NCBI GenBank assembly: GCA_036172245.1
Contig: JAYWIR010000007.1
Coordinates: 3,410,001-3,474,000, forward strand
DNA length: 64,000 nucleotides
Source of the DNA: Raillietiella orientalis
Lineage: Eukaryota
Direction of reading: 5' to 3'
Part shown: in pieces, positions 1 through 12,836 of the stretch
Numbering within the stretch: the first letter of the stretch is position 1
How the letters are laid out: each line of letters begins with the position of its first letter
Notes under the pieces: generated by a model
Database searches by the model: none
The model's input: the letters and a program-made list of their open reading frames with translations, nothing else
What the model was told of the DNA's origin: nothing
Position numbers and translations under genes: made by a program

Positions 1-2340
1 AAGCTGACGAGAGAGGAAGTGGGCCTCTTGCCTGCGCTTCCGATGATGACCCTCCTCGCCTGTCTTGTCCGCTTGGTGCGCCGCGCGCCCGGCGTTCCTC
101 TGGTACGCATCTTGTGCCCGTCCGAAAAAGCAGTTCAACTGTAGCTCCAATATAAGTAAATAAAATAGAATAAGTAAAAAAAAAAACAGACGTTTCTAGA
201 AGCGCCTGGTGTCTGTGTTGCGTTGTTTGTCGGGTACGCCGTTTTCTGTTTTTCGTTCGTCTGCCTGCAGGGTTTTTTTTTTTTTTGGATGGCGAGTGTA
301 CGCCTGAGGGAAGGAACTCCACGACGAGGTGGTCGCCGTGGAGTTCGTGCCTCAGGGCACGCGTTCCCGTCAACCCAACTCCGTCGTTGGGCTGACATGC
401 GAATTGTGCCCGCGAACCGGAGGAGTGCACGCATCTCGGGGGCGTTCCCGTTTTCTCCAGCGTCGGTCCGTTCTCGCTCGCGTCTCGCTGCCGCCTCCCC
501 TCCATCTTACGAACTTCTCCGCGGCAGCGTTGAGAGGGTGCCCGCAGGGCACCCTACCCTCATCGCCTCCTCCACGGTGGCAAGATGGCGGTGGCGAGCA
601 CACTGCTCGACGATGCCGCGAGGCGCCTGCCGTCGGGGGAACTCTTCGGAGGGGGGGAGGGTTGCGGGCGCTCCTGACTTTTTCGAGGCGGCGGCTTGTT
701 GTCGTCTCCGCCGTGGTCACGTGGCTCTCTTCCCGTGATGGGGCTCCCTTGGCTGGAAGGAGGGCTTCTGCGGCGTGGAATCGGCGGCCCTGCCGACGAC
801 GGAGCCAAGAGGGGAGCGGAGCAGAGGACCGGCCGCCAAAGCGAGTCCGACGGGAATGTGCGGCGAGGTCACGCCGGGCTTGCTTGCTGCGCGTGCGTCT
901 TGGAGAAGGATCAGGAGGCGGCGACGCGGAAAGACGTCCTTGGCGGGGGATTGAGGAAGGAGGAGGGCCGCTGGGAAACTGCGTGCAGCGGCAGCAGATC
1001 GAGATGAAGAAGGACGGAGGAGGCAACGTCCGGGGATGCCACACGGCCTCTGCAGTCGCACCTGGAAGAGGTCCGGCAGGTGTGCGAGCGTCTGAGCAAC
1101 CGCGGGAGAGCCGAATCCACGGAAGGGAGGAGAGGCGCCGCTATTTCGCGTCTGCGCGAGGGAGGTGCTGCTGTTCTGAGTCTCCCCGCACGGACCGAAG
1201 GCTCGCAGAGGAGGAGGAGGAGGTGTGGGGTGAAGGCATCTATCCTTCCGGTGAGGACCTCCGGAAAAGGCGCCGTCTCGCGGGCGCGCGTGCCCGGAAG
1301 GTCTCGGCCCTCTAGACCCTTCCGACTAAAGAAAGAAAGTTCGGAGGAAGGAAGGAAATCTGCCGAGATCCTCCCTCGCCCCTCCTCTGCAAGGAAGAAA
1401 AGTCAGTTCTATCCTCGTCCTCGGGTCAGTTCCTTTATCGTCGGGGAGCGCGAGCGGGATGGGGAGGGACGCAGAGCCGAAAAGAAGGAAAGGGGCGCCT
1501 CCGCAAGGTGGATGGGCGGGGTGGAGGAGATCCCAACGGGTTCCCCTCCCTTCCTCCTTTCGGCACACCTAGGCGTGCGGAGACCCCACAGGGCGCGTCA
1601 AGGTGGTCTTCGTACCGCTGCGCGTGCCATCTGCCTTTCGGAGAGGAGAGGAGGAAGGAACAGCTCCGCTTCCCTTACCCCTTCCGTGCTTCCCCGTCGT
1701 GGCGACCTGGGAATGTGGGGCGAATCGGCGAATCCTCTCCGTCTCCTCCCGACCGCTTACGTGCAGGCACCAATGGAACCTCCAGCTCCCCCTTCTACTC
1801 CCCCCACGGACGGATAGACGGGGTCGAGCAGTCTTTTTTTTTTTTTTTTTTATTGTTTCCGTCCCCTCCCCCCCACTCGCTTCCCCCTCCCCCTCCATCC
1901 TCCTCCCGTCCAACCCCTTCCCGGTGAGATTCTTCCGCCGTCACCGCTGCCGCCACACCCCTCGCTCCCCGCCTGCTGGCGCTGCTCCTCGTCCGTTCGC
2001 GCGCGTCTCCTTTCCCGGACCATCCAGCGTCCGAGACCGTGGGGGGTAGGGGATGGGGATCGGGGCGGCGGCAGCTCCTTTGCTGACGGGGGTGCTGGCG
2101 ACCGACGGCGCTGTGCCCAAGAAGGGGACCACCGCCGCCGGCGGGCGGAGGCTGTGCGGAGACGGCGGGACACGCTCCCGGAGAGGGGGAGGAGGAACGG
2201 GGAAGAGGGGGGGGGAGAGGAGGGGGAAACTGGCGACTGGGACGACGACGGCGGCGGCGATGCCGGCAGGCGGAGGACGAGGAGGAGCACGGGTGGGGGG
2301 TGGGATGGCAACCCCTTCCTCGGGCCTGCCGGCGGTCCGA

Positions 2341-2863
2341 TCAGCAAGGGATCTGCTCCAGGAGTCCTCCGTTCGTGCAGGACGCCCTCCTCAGCTGGCA
2401 GGAGTTCCTGTAGGTGGCGCCGTCGTTCCCGCAAACGTCCTCCCCGCCCTCGTCGGGGCAGAACTCGGGGCAGACGCACTGGAAGCTGCCCGGGGGGTCT
2501 TCCTGGCAGGACTCGTACACTTTGCACCGCAGGGCTTCGCAGGGATCGGCTGCACGTGGTCCCACCGGGAAGAAGAAGGAGAAGAAACGGGGAAAGAAAG
2601 GACGGGGTGAGCGCGCGTTGAGGCGCCCCCCGCCGCCGAGAGTTCCGCCCCTCCCCTCCCCTCCCCTCGCGCGCCACCCACCCTCGCCTGCAATGGCAAC
2701 ATCGAAACAAGGCGCACGTACCGTGGGTCCGGTTCCTCAGGGGGAAGGCTCTCCCGGGGGACGCGGCGCCAACCAGGAGGAGGAAAAGGAGGAGGACGAG
2801 GAGGAAAGGGAGGGAAAGGAGGAGGGGGGGTGCGGCGAAGAAAAGGCGTGGCTGCGCCGCCAT
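2341..2863 (-). CDS. Small secreted follistatin-like/Kazal-domain protein (2 exons: 2863-2722, 2549-2341)
   Basis: Exon 1 encodes a hydrophobic signal peptide (MAAQPRLFFAAPPLLLSLPFLLVLLLFLLLVGAASPG...). A phase-1 intron (G|gtacgt...gtgcag|CC) leads to exon 2, which has the FOLN+Kazal Cys pattern CEALRC..ESC..QCVCPEFC..VCGNDGATYRNSCQLRRASC..PC-stop. Alternative upstream ATG at 2911. Confidence 0.85.
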
Positions 2864-3517
2864 CCGGACTGCCGGGGAACGGGCACGGAAGAGCAGTGAT
2901 GTGAGCAACATGCCTGCTGCCGGCGCTCCCGGACGACGGAGGCTCCGAACTGCTGCGCATCGCGGCTGCGGGGCGCGCCGGAAGTCCGCCCACGCGTAGG
3001 TCGGTCCTTTCGGTCGGAGGCGGAGGCAGTAAGGAGCGGGAGGGCGGCGGGCGGCAGCGCTGTCATCTTTCGGGGAGCTGCGAAACGATACCTAGAGTTT
3101 TCGTCCCCGGAGAGAAGGGACGCAGGGTAAGGAGAGCTGCAAGCGGAAGGTTGGGGTGACGGGAAAAAGAGGCAGGGAAGAAGCAAAGGGGGAACTTTCC
3201 CTCCTTGGTTACGGCAGTAAAGTGGTGAGGGAGGCGCAGAAAGTAAGAGAGAGCAGCGGCGGAGACAGCCGGCGCGAGACCTCCCCATTGCCTGGACCGG
3301 TAAGGAACGGGGTGTGCCGGGCTGCAACAGTGTGGGACTCACCCACATTGCTACTTCCCCTCCCCACCTCTTTCCGCAGGCACCGCCGCACCCCCTGTTG
3401 ACCTAAAACCGCCTCCAAAGGAGGAGGGAGAGCGCGGAAACCTGAACTTGCGCTCCTTGAAGCAGGGAGGAGGAAGAGGGGAGGAGTCTCGGTTCCCGGA
3501 GAAGCCATGACCGCCTG

Positions 3518-4105
3518 ATGAAAAGTCTCAGAGTCTGGGTGCTGCCACGACTGCAATTCGCTTGCAACTCTGCCGTCGCCATGATCACCATCGTCCTGCT
3601 GACGAGCGTTTGGATGGCTGCGTGGTCAGGGGCCCCCGCGGCAGAAGCAGGTAAGTTCCCACCCCGATCAGAAGATGCGGGAGGAAGGGAGGGTGGAAGA
3701 GCTCTTCGTTTCGCTCTCCCCTCCCTCCTCCCTCCCGCATCTCCCTTCCTCCTCGTCACCGTCCTTCCACGGTCCAACCACCCTCGTCGCGTCTTTCCAG
3801 CGCCCTCCACTTCCTGCCAAGGGTTCTCCTGCGCCCCTTACGAGGTCTGCGAGGTCGGACCCCGGGGTCCCCAGTGCATCTGCAGCACTGCGTGCCCGTT
3901 GCTGTACTCTCCAGTGTGCGGCACCGATGGGGTGCTCTATGCAAACGAGTGCACCCTCAAGGTGAAAACCTGCCAGACCTTCGGGGTCGTCCGCAAGAGC
4001 TTACGCAACAACTGTGGCGAAAGGGCAGCAGCAATCACGCACGGTCAGCCCGTCTCGGTCAGCTCCACTTCGAGCACCACCACCAGCACGAGGCAGCGCT
4101 CGTGA
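3518..4105 (+). CDS. Small secreted follistatin-like/Kazal-domain protein (2 exons: 3518-3650, 3801-4105)
   Basis: Signal-peptide-like exon 1 (second possible ATG at 3581), phase-1 intron CAG|gtaagt...tttccag| (3651-3800), then CQGFSC..EVC..QCICSTAC..PVCGTDGVLYANECTLKVKTC..NC and a Ser/Thr-rich tail. Confidence 0.85.
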   Translation: MKSLRVWVLPRLQFACNSAVAMITIVLLTSVWMAAWSGAPAAEAGKFPPRSEDAGGREGGRALRFALPSLLPPASPFLLVTVLPRSNHPRRVFPAPSTSCQGFSCAPYEVCEVGPRGPQCICSTACPLLYSPVCGTDGVLYANECTLKVKTCQTFGVVRKSLRNNCGERAAAITHGQPVSVSSTSSTTTSTRQRS

Positions 4106-4849
4106 TCGCCCCTTACCCGAGGTTGGCCTCAGGGTGGGCAGCGCTGTGGTCCTGCGCAGCAGTAGCTTTCGCAAATAAAAAATGAAAATAAAAAAGCGCA
4201 CTGCTGCCGTACACGTCACTTCCTTCCCAACTCTCGCCTCAGGCCGTGCGGCGCGTTCCGAGAGGGCGGGAAAGCATGTCCGTCCTGATGCACCGACACG
4301 AGTAAAGTCCGTCATAGAGCGTTTCCAAACCATACGTGCTCGAGCGACCACCGATCCACGGGTGGAATGATCCTCCGCGCATGCATGCGGCGCACAGACG
4401 GACTCGCTTTGGGGTCTCCGCTTCAGGCCACCAGTTGTGGGAAGGGCAGCGGGCGGCAGAGCGAGGAAGAGAAAGGAGGGGGAGGGAAGAGCAAGAGCGA
4501 ATTGGTTCTCGGCTCGCCCCCAGAGAGGAGGCCTGCCTCATCCTCACGTCGCCTGGTCGCCGACGAAAGGGCTTGACTGCTGGCGCTGCTCGGACCGGGA
4601 GTTGCATTCTTGTGTAAGGGTGAACAGGAAGTGCTGGAAAGGAAAGGAGGGTAGCCGGAAGGGAACCGGGGGGGGGGACAGAAAGGTGAAATGTCCCCTG
4701 TTCCGACAGAAGGGGCGGGAGAAAACTGGAAAGGAAACCAGTTGCTCCCAGGGGGTGAGTCCTACGATGGGAGAGTTTCCATTCCCCAGGAAGCAGTCGA
4801 AACTTCGGCCGAAGTCCACCCGCCGGCGATCTCCGTGAGAGTCTGAGTA

Positions 4850-5880
4850 CACCGTCCTCCTCCTCCCCTCCGCATCTGAAACGGCGAACAATGCCTTTCT
4901 CCTCAAACACGACAACCTTCAACACCTCGGTCAAGCGTTCCTGTTACCAGGAGTTTCTTCTCCAAAGGGGAGATGCGTCCAACCCTACCCTCATCCTAAA
5001 GTCATGGCTCTCCTCCCTGTTCGCTGCCAGCGGCTGGTATCCTCACGCCCGCAGGAGCTGGGTCGTTCGTCGACGCATCTCCGTCTGCGTCCTCAGCGAG
5101 CCGCAACGCAGTCTCGCTGAGTTCTCTTTCATGGCCTCCTCCCCAGCGGGGAGGGTCTAGCCAGATTTGTTCGCTGATTCCTCCCGTTCATCAGGTGCCT
5201 CCCTCGGTCACCAAGTGCCTCGTGGGGTCGATTTCTCCTGCCACGAATCAGTGAGGACCCACATTTTTCGCTCAGGAAGCCTCCTGGTCCATCCAATTTC
5301 TCGAAGCGTGGCCACCAGGATCTCCGAGAATCGACCTAACCTCGTGGACCTACGATTGCCTTGATTCAAAGTTTGGCACTTTCACATCCCTAACCATCCA
5401 GCATCATGGTACTCTACGGAATCCGTTTCGGAAGCAATCGGTCATCTATCGTTCATTATCCTTCAGGTAATAGGAGTGTGAGGGGGGTTGTTGTGAAGCC
5501 CCCTCTCTTCCTACGGCCAGTGACTGAGCCCTAGTGAATACCCCAGTAGTGTATACCCCAATCTGCTCCATCCAGTAGCAGTTGCAACCTGTGCCTCTTT
5601 TCAGGAGCCACCCAAAGATGATATTTGGCAGGCTATTTTCGGATAGCAACTCACCTTGTTACCCCATCAGATCGCCTTGCACTCCTTCAGCCCCTGCCCC
5701 ATCGTCAGATCCAACTTGCTCATCCGTCTCCTAAAGACCCTTCAGCAGCAGGATGCGAGTTCGCAAGCCAAGCGCTTCCTGGTGATTGTATATTGTTCAG
5801 GCTCTATCCGGGATTCTGTTTTCTCATTGCTCTTCTGCCGATCGGAAATTCATTTGAAACACTCAGAGATGCTGAAGACA
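4850..5880 (-). mobile_element. Highly degenerate RNase H-containing LINE (I/R1-like) 3' portion
   Basis: Across frameshifts on the minus strand, in the expected order: TGVFTRAQSLAV (TGAFRTxP-like), TDCF (TDGS-like), SEILVATL, WVLTDS, GRNQRTNLAR (GNExADxLA-like), then VGLDASPL..GEETP (zinc-knuckle remnant). Confidence 0.4.
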
Positions 5881-5889
5881 ATGATGGCA

Positions 5890-8280
5890 GTGGAGTTTTA
5901 TTGTTCATATTCACAGGTTACATGGAGGGCTCTGGATATTCTTCAGCAGTTCCTTCTCGGTTCATCTGGCGCGCTCGTCGCCCTCATCATATTGCTTCTT
6001 TCGTTTCTTGTCTTCTGTATGGTAAGAGCTGACCGCTGGGGTTCTCCGGCTGGTTTCTGCCTTGACGTGGACTGTATAAATATCGCTGGAGTACCGGATG
6101 CACGAAGCCACCATCGAGTGCCTCATTTGTCACCAATTGCTTCTTCGGATTTCCTGAATCTTGCAGCACTTCTTCATCCCCTGGATCCCAAGGACTCAGA
6201 GAGCCAATGATGAATGCATGTACTTTGCATTGTTTTTCCCTCCCCTCCCGGCTGGAAGTAGCTCCTTGTATGTTTCCCTCTTTGTTTCTTCTAGCTGTGC
6301 TGAACGTCTCTCTTTCCCATTTTCGTATGGGTAGCGGACGTCTAGCACGATTACCCGGTTTCCTTTTTCCATTACTGAGTCCGGTCTTGGGAAGGAATTT
6401 GTTTCTGGAACTCTCTGGTTACTGGATACACAAGGGTCCATTTCGCTTCATCCACCGCGGTCTTTCTGATTCTCTCTTGAATCGCGACATCGCTTGCCAT
6501 GGACAGAGGAGAGTGTCTCCTGTATCTGTTCTGTATGTGAGACAACGTTTCGTCTCCTGTCCGGCAGAGCCAACATGCGCTGGTTCTTCCAGTTTCATTC
6601 TTGGCCCCGGCCCTGATCGGTGATACGTTTAGTCTGGCTGAGTAGATGAATTTGTAGTTCTGGAATCTCAGGAGGCTTCCGTTGGTAAGAAAAAAGCTTG
6701 AGTCGTGCATGCCCTTACCCTGCATGGCTTTCCCTTGGCTGGTGTGTTTTTGAACTAGGGATTGCCATGCGTGTTTCCTCTGCAGTGCCCTCACGCCGCC
6801 AAATGCTGCTGCTGAGGATGACACCGTCAATCGTTTTGTTGGGTTCTCCATCGTCGAATTTCCAGTGAGCTTTTGCTCTTCTTGAGACCTTTCTTCTTTT
6901 TGACCAAAGGCTCTTTTGATGTCCCTGCCGCGTTATGAGAATTTCCCGGAGGAAATCCCCGTCATGAAATCCCTGAGATTTTCGTCCGCCACTGGTTCGA
7001 GGATTCTTTTCTGGACCATTTCCTTGAGCGTTTCCTTTGCTAATTTCTTTACCATGTTGTCTGGGGAGGTGAGTAGTTTGAAGCAGCTGTCAATGGTCAA
7101 CGTGTTGGACTCGTCCGCCAGCTTTATCTCTCCCAGACAGCCTTTTCTTCTTTCTCCGTAGAGGTAGTCGTTGGGTGTCCAGGAGGGGAGCCGCATAAGT
7201 TTTTTTATTCCCCGTTGAACTTCGTCGACGTACTGTCATTCTTCTTCCTGATGTCTCTAGAGCACGAGGCTGGGGAAGAAAGTCTTCATGACATCGATTT
7301 TCTGCCATTCCGATTGTACGCTATCCAGGATGCACTCGTCTTCTGGCAGATTTCTTCTTTCGCTGGGCATGAGTTGAACATCTTAATCCCAAAGGATTAT
7401 CCCAAGTATTTGTATGCCTCTTGTATGCCAATACAAGAAATTTTCCCTTTCCTCGCCTATATTTCTATCTCTTTGGGTCCATTCGGAGGATTCCACTGTA
7501 GTATGCCTAGGCGCATTTTACCGCGTTGATGGACAAGCCTGCTCGATCCACTAGTGCTTCCAAATGGGCTACTTTTGTTTTTGATTCCTCCGCGTCTTTC
7601 TCTAAGATAACGCTGTCGCCGGCGTATGTCAGGATCACCTGATCACATCTTTTCCATAGCTCTCTCTTATCGAACGAAGGATGGGTTCCATTGCCAAGAT
7701 GAAGAGGAATGAGTTTAGTGAACAGCCCTGCTTCACTCCTCGCCGCACGGAGAAGGTTCTTGTAGATTTCGATTCCAACTGGGTATAGGTGGAGCTTCCA
7801 GAGTATATGTCTTGGATAGTGCTGATAAACTCTCTGCCTGCCCCTGCTTCCTTTACTGTTCCCAGGATCATCTCATGGGAGGCTGTCCCGAAGACGTTTA
7901 AAAAGAGGACCCAGAAATCCTTCGACCAGCGACGAGCAGAGTCCAGTGTTGACTGGAAAACGAAGTTTTGCTCCGCTACCCCATTAAAGGGTAGGAAACC
8001 CTTCTGCTGAGTGCCTATGATTTCGTTTTCCAGGATCCAATTTCTGAGTCTGGAGGCCAGGCATTTGGCGTATAGCCTGTATGCGCTGTTTCCGATAGAT
8101 ATTGGCCTCCAGCTGAATATGTCTTCTGCTGCTGAGGGGTTCTTCGCTATAAGTACACTCCTGGAGCACTTCTTCTCTTCCGGAATTCGACGAAATTTTC
8201 CTGAGGATTGCCGTAAAGTCCAGCCGATCCAGCCGACTCTCGGAATCGATGCGGTTCCGCTTTCACTCATAACTCCCTTA
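5890..8280 (-). mobile_element. Degenerate RLE-type non-LTR retrotransposon, NeSL/Utopia-like (RT, zinc knuckle, restriction-like endonuclease)
   Basis: RT motifs WRPISI, QKGF, GVKQGCSL, YAGD (decayed YADD), YKYLG. Then WQKIDVMKTF, DYLYG..GCLG, IDSCFKLLTSPD, YKFIYSARLN, CWLCRTGDETLSHI, the RPD..IVLDVRYPYENG nuclease motif, and the C-terminus GSLSPWDP..IRYSSDIY..H. Many frameshifts and stops; AATAAA near 5895. Confidence 0.85.
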
Positions 8281-11200
8281 ACTCATAACTCCGGCATCTC
8301 ACCCTTCCCATCCCGTCAACAGACGGTCAACTCTCCTGCTCCCTCCCTTCTGCTCCTCGCTCGTGCTGGGATCCACACGGTAACGGCAGCGCATCCTCCG
8401 AACTCTTTCCAATCACGCGTGACTCCTCTCTCCGAAAAGAGAGAACGTTTACCCTGAACCAAGCGGATGGGAGGAACCTGAGCTTACACCACAGGTACCA
8501 GCTTGGTCTACGGCGCGACCCCGTGGGCGTACCGCTTGCATAGTCCGAGAATGGAGCAAAGAGCGAGTTCACGTTTCAGCCAAGGTCCCTGTCCGCGATA
8601 CGTGCACTTGAAAGACAAAGTGAGTGGGGACCAGATCTTCCTGATGGGAGGCCTCTCGAGCCACCTCAAGCAACGGAGAAGCCGCTGTTCAATGGGTGGC
8701 GGTGATGGCCCAACTGGATGAAGAAGAGACGTCTTCAGTTGGGATAGGGCCATCGAGACGCGCGGCCCCGGTGAGCGTGGATTCCGTCCTTCCCTGAGAC
8801 CACAGTACGTGTTTGCCCTCTTTTTGCATTGATGCACCCCTTGCAACGCGTTTGCACCCATCATGAAATTCGAGATAGCACCAAACTCGGAAAGATGTGG
8901 ACTAACGAAATCGGTGTCTCCTCTAGGGTGCGTCCTCACAGCAGAGACGGAAACGGGTGGCGCAAGCACTCCCTATCCTAGCAACAGGCCTGAGGATCTC
9001 ATCAGGCGATTCTTCCGAGACAACGCTTTTCCCCCAAGAGCGGCGATAGAGATGCGTTTCGTCTGTGGGCAAGTGAGAGAGAGAGAGAGAGAGAGAGAGG
9101 TACGTGCTGCAGACGGAGAGCACGAGGAAGGAGGCCCTTCAGTGGCTTCCTTAACGTACGGAGTGGCAGAATCGCCACCACCTCGACCACCAGAGAGGAA
9201 AAGACATTGCTGTCATTGTGCTGGAAACCCTACGACAGAGGGCTGGAAGACAATATGCATACCACCCACATTTCGCTTCCTCCCTCCCCCCTCCCCGTCC
9301 CCTTACAGTTTATCTCTTTTATTGATTTATTGTATCAACTCCCAGTACAAAAGCTGCCCTCATTTAAGACTTTCCCCACAGTGGACACTTCGCCTTCTTG
9401 TCTTCGTCAGCGAGAGCTCCAGTTCTGAAAGAGTTCTTACAGTTGGATAGTTTATGAATATGTTTAGGTGTTGATGTTTTTTTGCTTGTTTCCTTGCAAT
9501 AAGGATCAAGACGCAATCGATCTGTAGCCATAGGTGTAATCTGTGAGGTTCCATGCCACATTCGAGGTCTCTCAAAGACGGATCGCTCCCGGCTTCTTTA
9601 CCAGTGGCTTCTACCAATGGCCTTCGACTTTTCACTTCTGATCCTCTCTTCCACAGATTGACAGCGATCTCACCAAGGACATAAGAACCACCGCCGACAC
9701 GAGCAAAATTATGCTTTTGCTCATGGAGCAGATGCGTCTACTCCCGTTTTGACTCCGTTGATCTTTGATACATCACAGTCTTCTCTTTCCTTTTCACCTC
9801 TTAACTCCTATCAACACACCAGAACAGCAAAAAGAAAAAAAAAGCCCCTCATCCCTATTCTTCATCCTTATTACAGTCATTGTCCTTTGCCTTTCCTCAA
9901 CTTGCTGAGCGCTTGCACTTTGCTGCTGCACTCCATTCTCCATCTCCACTTTATGTTATCCAGATTGTATGGGTCTCACGTGATTTTAGCTCTTGTCTCC
10001 CTCCCTGCTACTCGCTTTCGTCGGGCAGTTTCACCCTAGCCTCCCAACGCGTTCCTGCAGCTCGTAAACTCCCGCCTGAACCCCGCTCCAGCTCGATGAC
10101 ACCTCGCAGATGCAATCTAGCCTGCTCCATTCTTATTTCTAGCTTTTGACTGGGCTGCTCTCTCAGTAAGACTAACGAACCCATGCGCCGATAAAGGGAG
10201 AATCCTCTCAACAAGAATATTTCGGGAGTACAGATGGAGGCAGATCGAAGACTGAGTTTATCGCAGGCGCACTTCTGGCACCACACTACTGGTCGGTCCC
10301 CAATTACTCTTCGTTCCGCTTACGTTCCGTCTGGCACATTGGCCGTCGTCATCCTCAACCATCTTAGTGTATACTGGTTTCGGCAAACAGTAGGTTCTCC
10401 CACACTCCAATAGACATCATCAGTATCCAGTAGTTGCCTTGAGAAGGCATCACCAAGATCTTTCTCAGCTTTAAATTGCCCTAGTGAGACAAGAGTCTCC
10501 TGCTCACCTCTTCCGCCCTACTCAGTCTTGCTAGGGTCTGCTTTGGGGAACCCCATGCAAGGCACGCCTTCATCATTGGACCCGTATGGATGCTCGGTGT
10601 GATGGGTGCAGGGGAAAGAGTCGCTCACGCTCCTTCTGCTAAAATGTACTGTCCTTCCAACGATCGTCTCGCGACGATCGTTGGAATCCCGGCGAGCAGC
10701 CCAGGGACATTATTCGACGCTTCGTGCATGCCGCAAATGCCGCCAGCCGCGTCCCTTGCATTGCTCTGCTTGCTGTCTTCGTAAGATCGTGGCGGCGTGG
10801 AAGGCCAGAGGAGTGCAAAATGGGTAGGACGACATCCACTGAGCGACAATCTCCTTGAAAACCGCCTCAAGATAGTTCCACCAGGACAACCTTCGGACAG
10901 AACTTTTCGGCAGCCTGGATAGGATACTAAGGACGTCTCCCAGGGAAGGGTGATCCCATCCCGTCCTCTCCCCCACCCAGTTAAACTTGCCTTTCCGTAT
11001 TTCTTTTGCGTTTGTTTCTTTTCTTTTCTTCCTCTTTTCCCTTCTCCGTCGCCATGGAAACGTACCTCGCCGGTTCACGTACCGGTCATGGCAAGTTCCC
11101 AACACGCGGTGTAACCAAGTGTTTCACCACAGTAGGACATTTAAATGTACGTTTATTATTTTTTCATTATTAATGTTCCGGAAAAATCGGTTGGAAAACT

Positions 11201-12044
11201 CCGTCTCGCTCTCTCATGTTCAGTATCCATGCTTTAACCTTAGCATCGCACTCCATCCGCATAGGAATCTCATCCAATGGCTAAGTTCTCAGTCCCAAGT
11301 CCCCAGATTTCTCTGTTCGTCGCCATGTGTCTAGTTTACAATGTGGATCCTCTAGTTCAGTGTCCAGCAATATCGCAAGTTTAGGTCATCTTTAGTGTAC
11401 TCCATTTCCCACGACCTCCAAAGCAGCTCAGTCCTTTTCCTCCCAACGTAAGGGATGATTCCTTAGTCCGGTCCTCCAGGTCATCCGTATTAACTATATA
11501 CATTAAATCTTTGGCAACTGCGACGTTGGACACCTGTGATTATTGGTTAAGGCTCTTGAGGCCTGCTTCGCGTCTTTCTTCTTCATTCCTAGATTTCAGC
11601 CTCAAGTTGGGACTCTTTTATGAACTCTTTTTCATTAGCCAACACGTCAACCGTGATAAAGTCATGCAGTAGCCACTGAGAAGCAAATGACCGTGTCCGA
11701 AAAATTTTGGCCTCTCCCTTTAGATGATGGAGAGTTTAACTTCCGCTCTGACTGCACAGTGATTTCGATTCACTGCAGTTTCCCGGAGGATGTATTGTTT
11801 ACGAATACATCTGGGATGAACCGACGTAAAAATGAAGGCGAGGAATCTTCAAATGCAGTATTGCCCGATGCAATTCCGTTTCATCAGATGAAGACAGTAC
11901 TGACTATGATTTACTTTCAGGCGATGATTTCCCAATGGATTTTTTTTTAACTTTAAAAGGGAAAAAACAAAAACATCGTAAACGATCGTCTTAACACTTC
12001 CATTGAAAGCAACACGCTCTGTTTATTCCTCATCTTCAACTTAC

Positions 12045-12836
12045 CTCCTTCTTTCTGCCGAAGAATGCAACGCTGATTTTTCTCCTAGGTGCGCGTAACG
12101 TTATTTTATTCAGCCCCTTGCTAGAAAGGGCGCACAGTTTACATTCCATCACCAAACTTCCTTCTATCAAGTAAACAGACAGCTTAATGAGCTCAAAGGC
12201 GCTCTTGGAAACACTTACCTGCTCTCTGATCTTGATCTTCCTCGTAAGCCTGCATAGCAACGAGAGGCAATAATTGCTTAAGGATAGTTAAAGAGAATGT
12301 CCGACTTCGACGTCAACAACAGGTGAAGTTAAACAGGAAGCACACCAATCTTCAACGAAATATGCAATCGTTCTTTTCCCTCCACAAAACTCTGTGCAAA
12401 TTGGCATCATTAACGGATTGTTCGACATTCCCTGTTCATCCCTATTCCGTACGTGCACGGGTACTCACGAAACAAGTCATATGTTGTTGTTCTTTCCAAG
12501 ATATGACCATCCTTATGGGTGTTATGAAAGCTAGGAATTCCCATCAGTGCATCCCGTACAGCTCACGTTTCATTTCATCAACATAAATCCTTCACAGAAT
12601 ATTCATTCATGACTACGGAACAGAGGAATGTTAATCAAATCATATCGTACCGTGTACGAAGGTTACCAATTCTCTTGATAAGGCGAAGAGAACCATCCCA
12701 CCCATCGAGATCCCGCACAGTATCCACCACCACGTGATTAGATTAGATCTCTCGTCGCGTGATACGTTCTCTGGAGGCTGGTCTCTAGGAAGAAGGCGAG
12801 ATAGGGCATGAAGTTGCACTCCGATCATGATGGCAA
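12045..12836 (-). CDS. Partial multi-exon gene for an unknown membrane protein (exons 12836-12651, 12249-12219, 12084-12045)
   Basis: Three exons with canonical AG/GT sites (two with GTAAGT donors) join in compatible phases into an open frame: AIMIGVQLHAL..WWWILCGISMGGMVLFAL..HGLRGRSRSESRRKISVAFFGRKKE. Start and stop are unresolved. Confidence 0.4.

Noticed and set aside
135..2300. Many long overlapping ORFs on both strands
   Set aside because: Arg/Gly/Pro/Ser-rich translations with no domains; expected from stop-codon scarcity in GC-rich DNA.
8300..11600. Coding-like decayed sequence (possible retroelement or viral relic)
   Set aside because: No motif could be identified with confidence.
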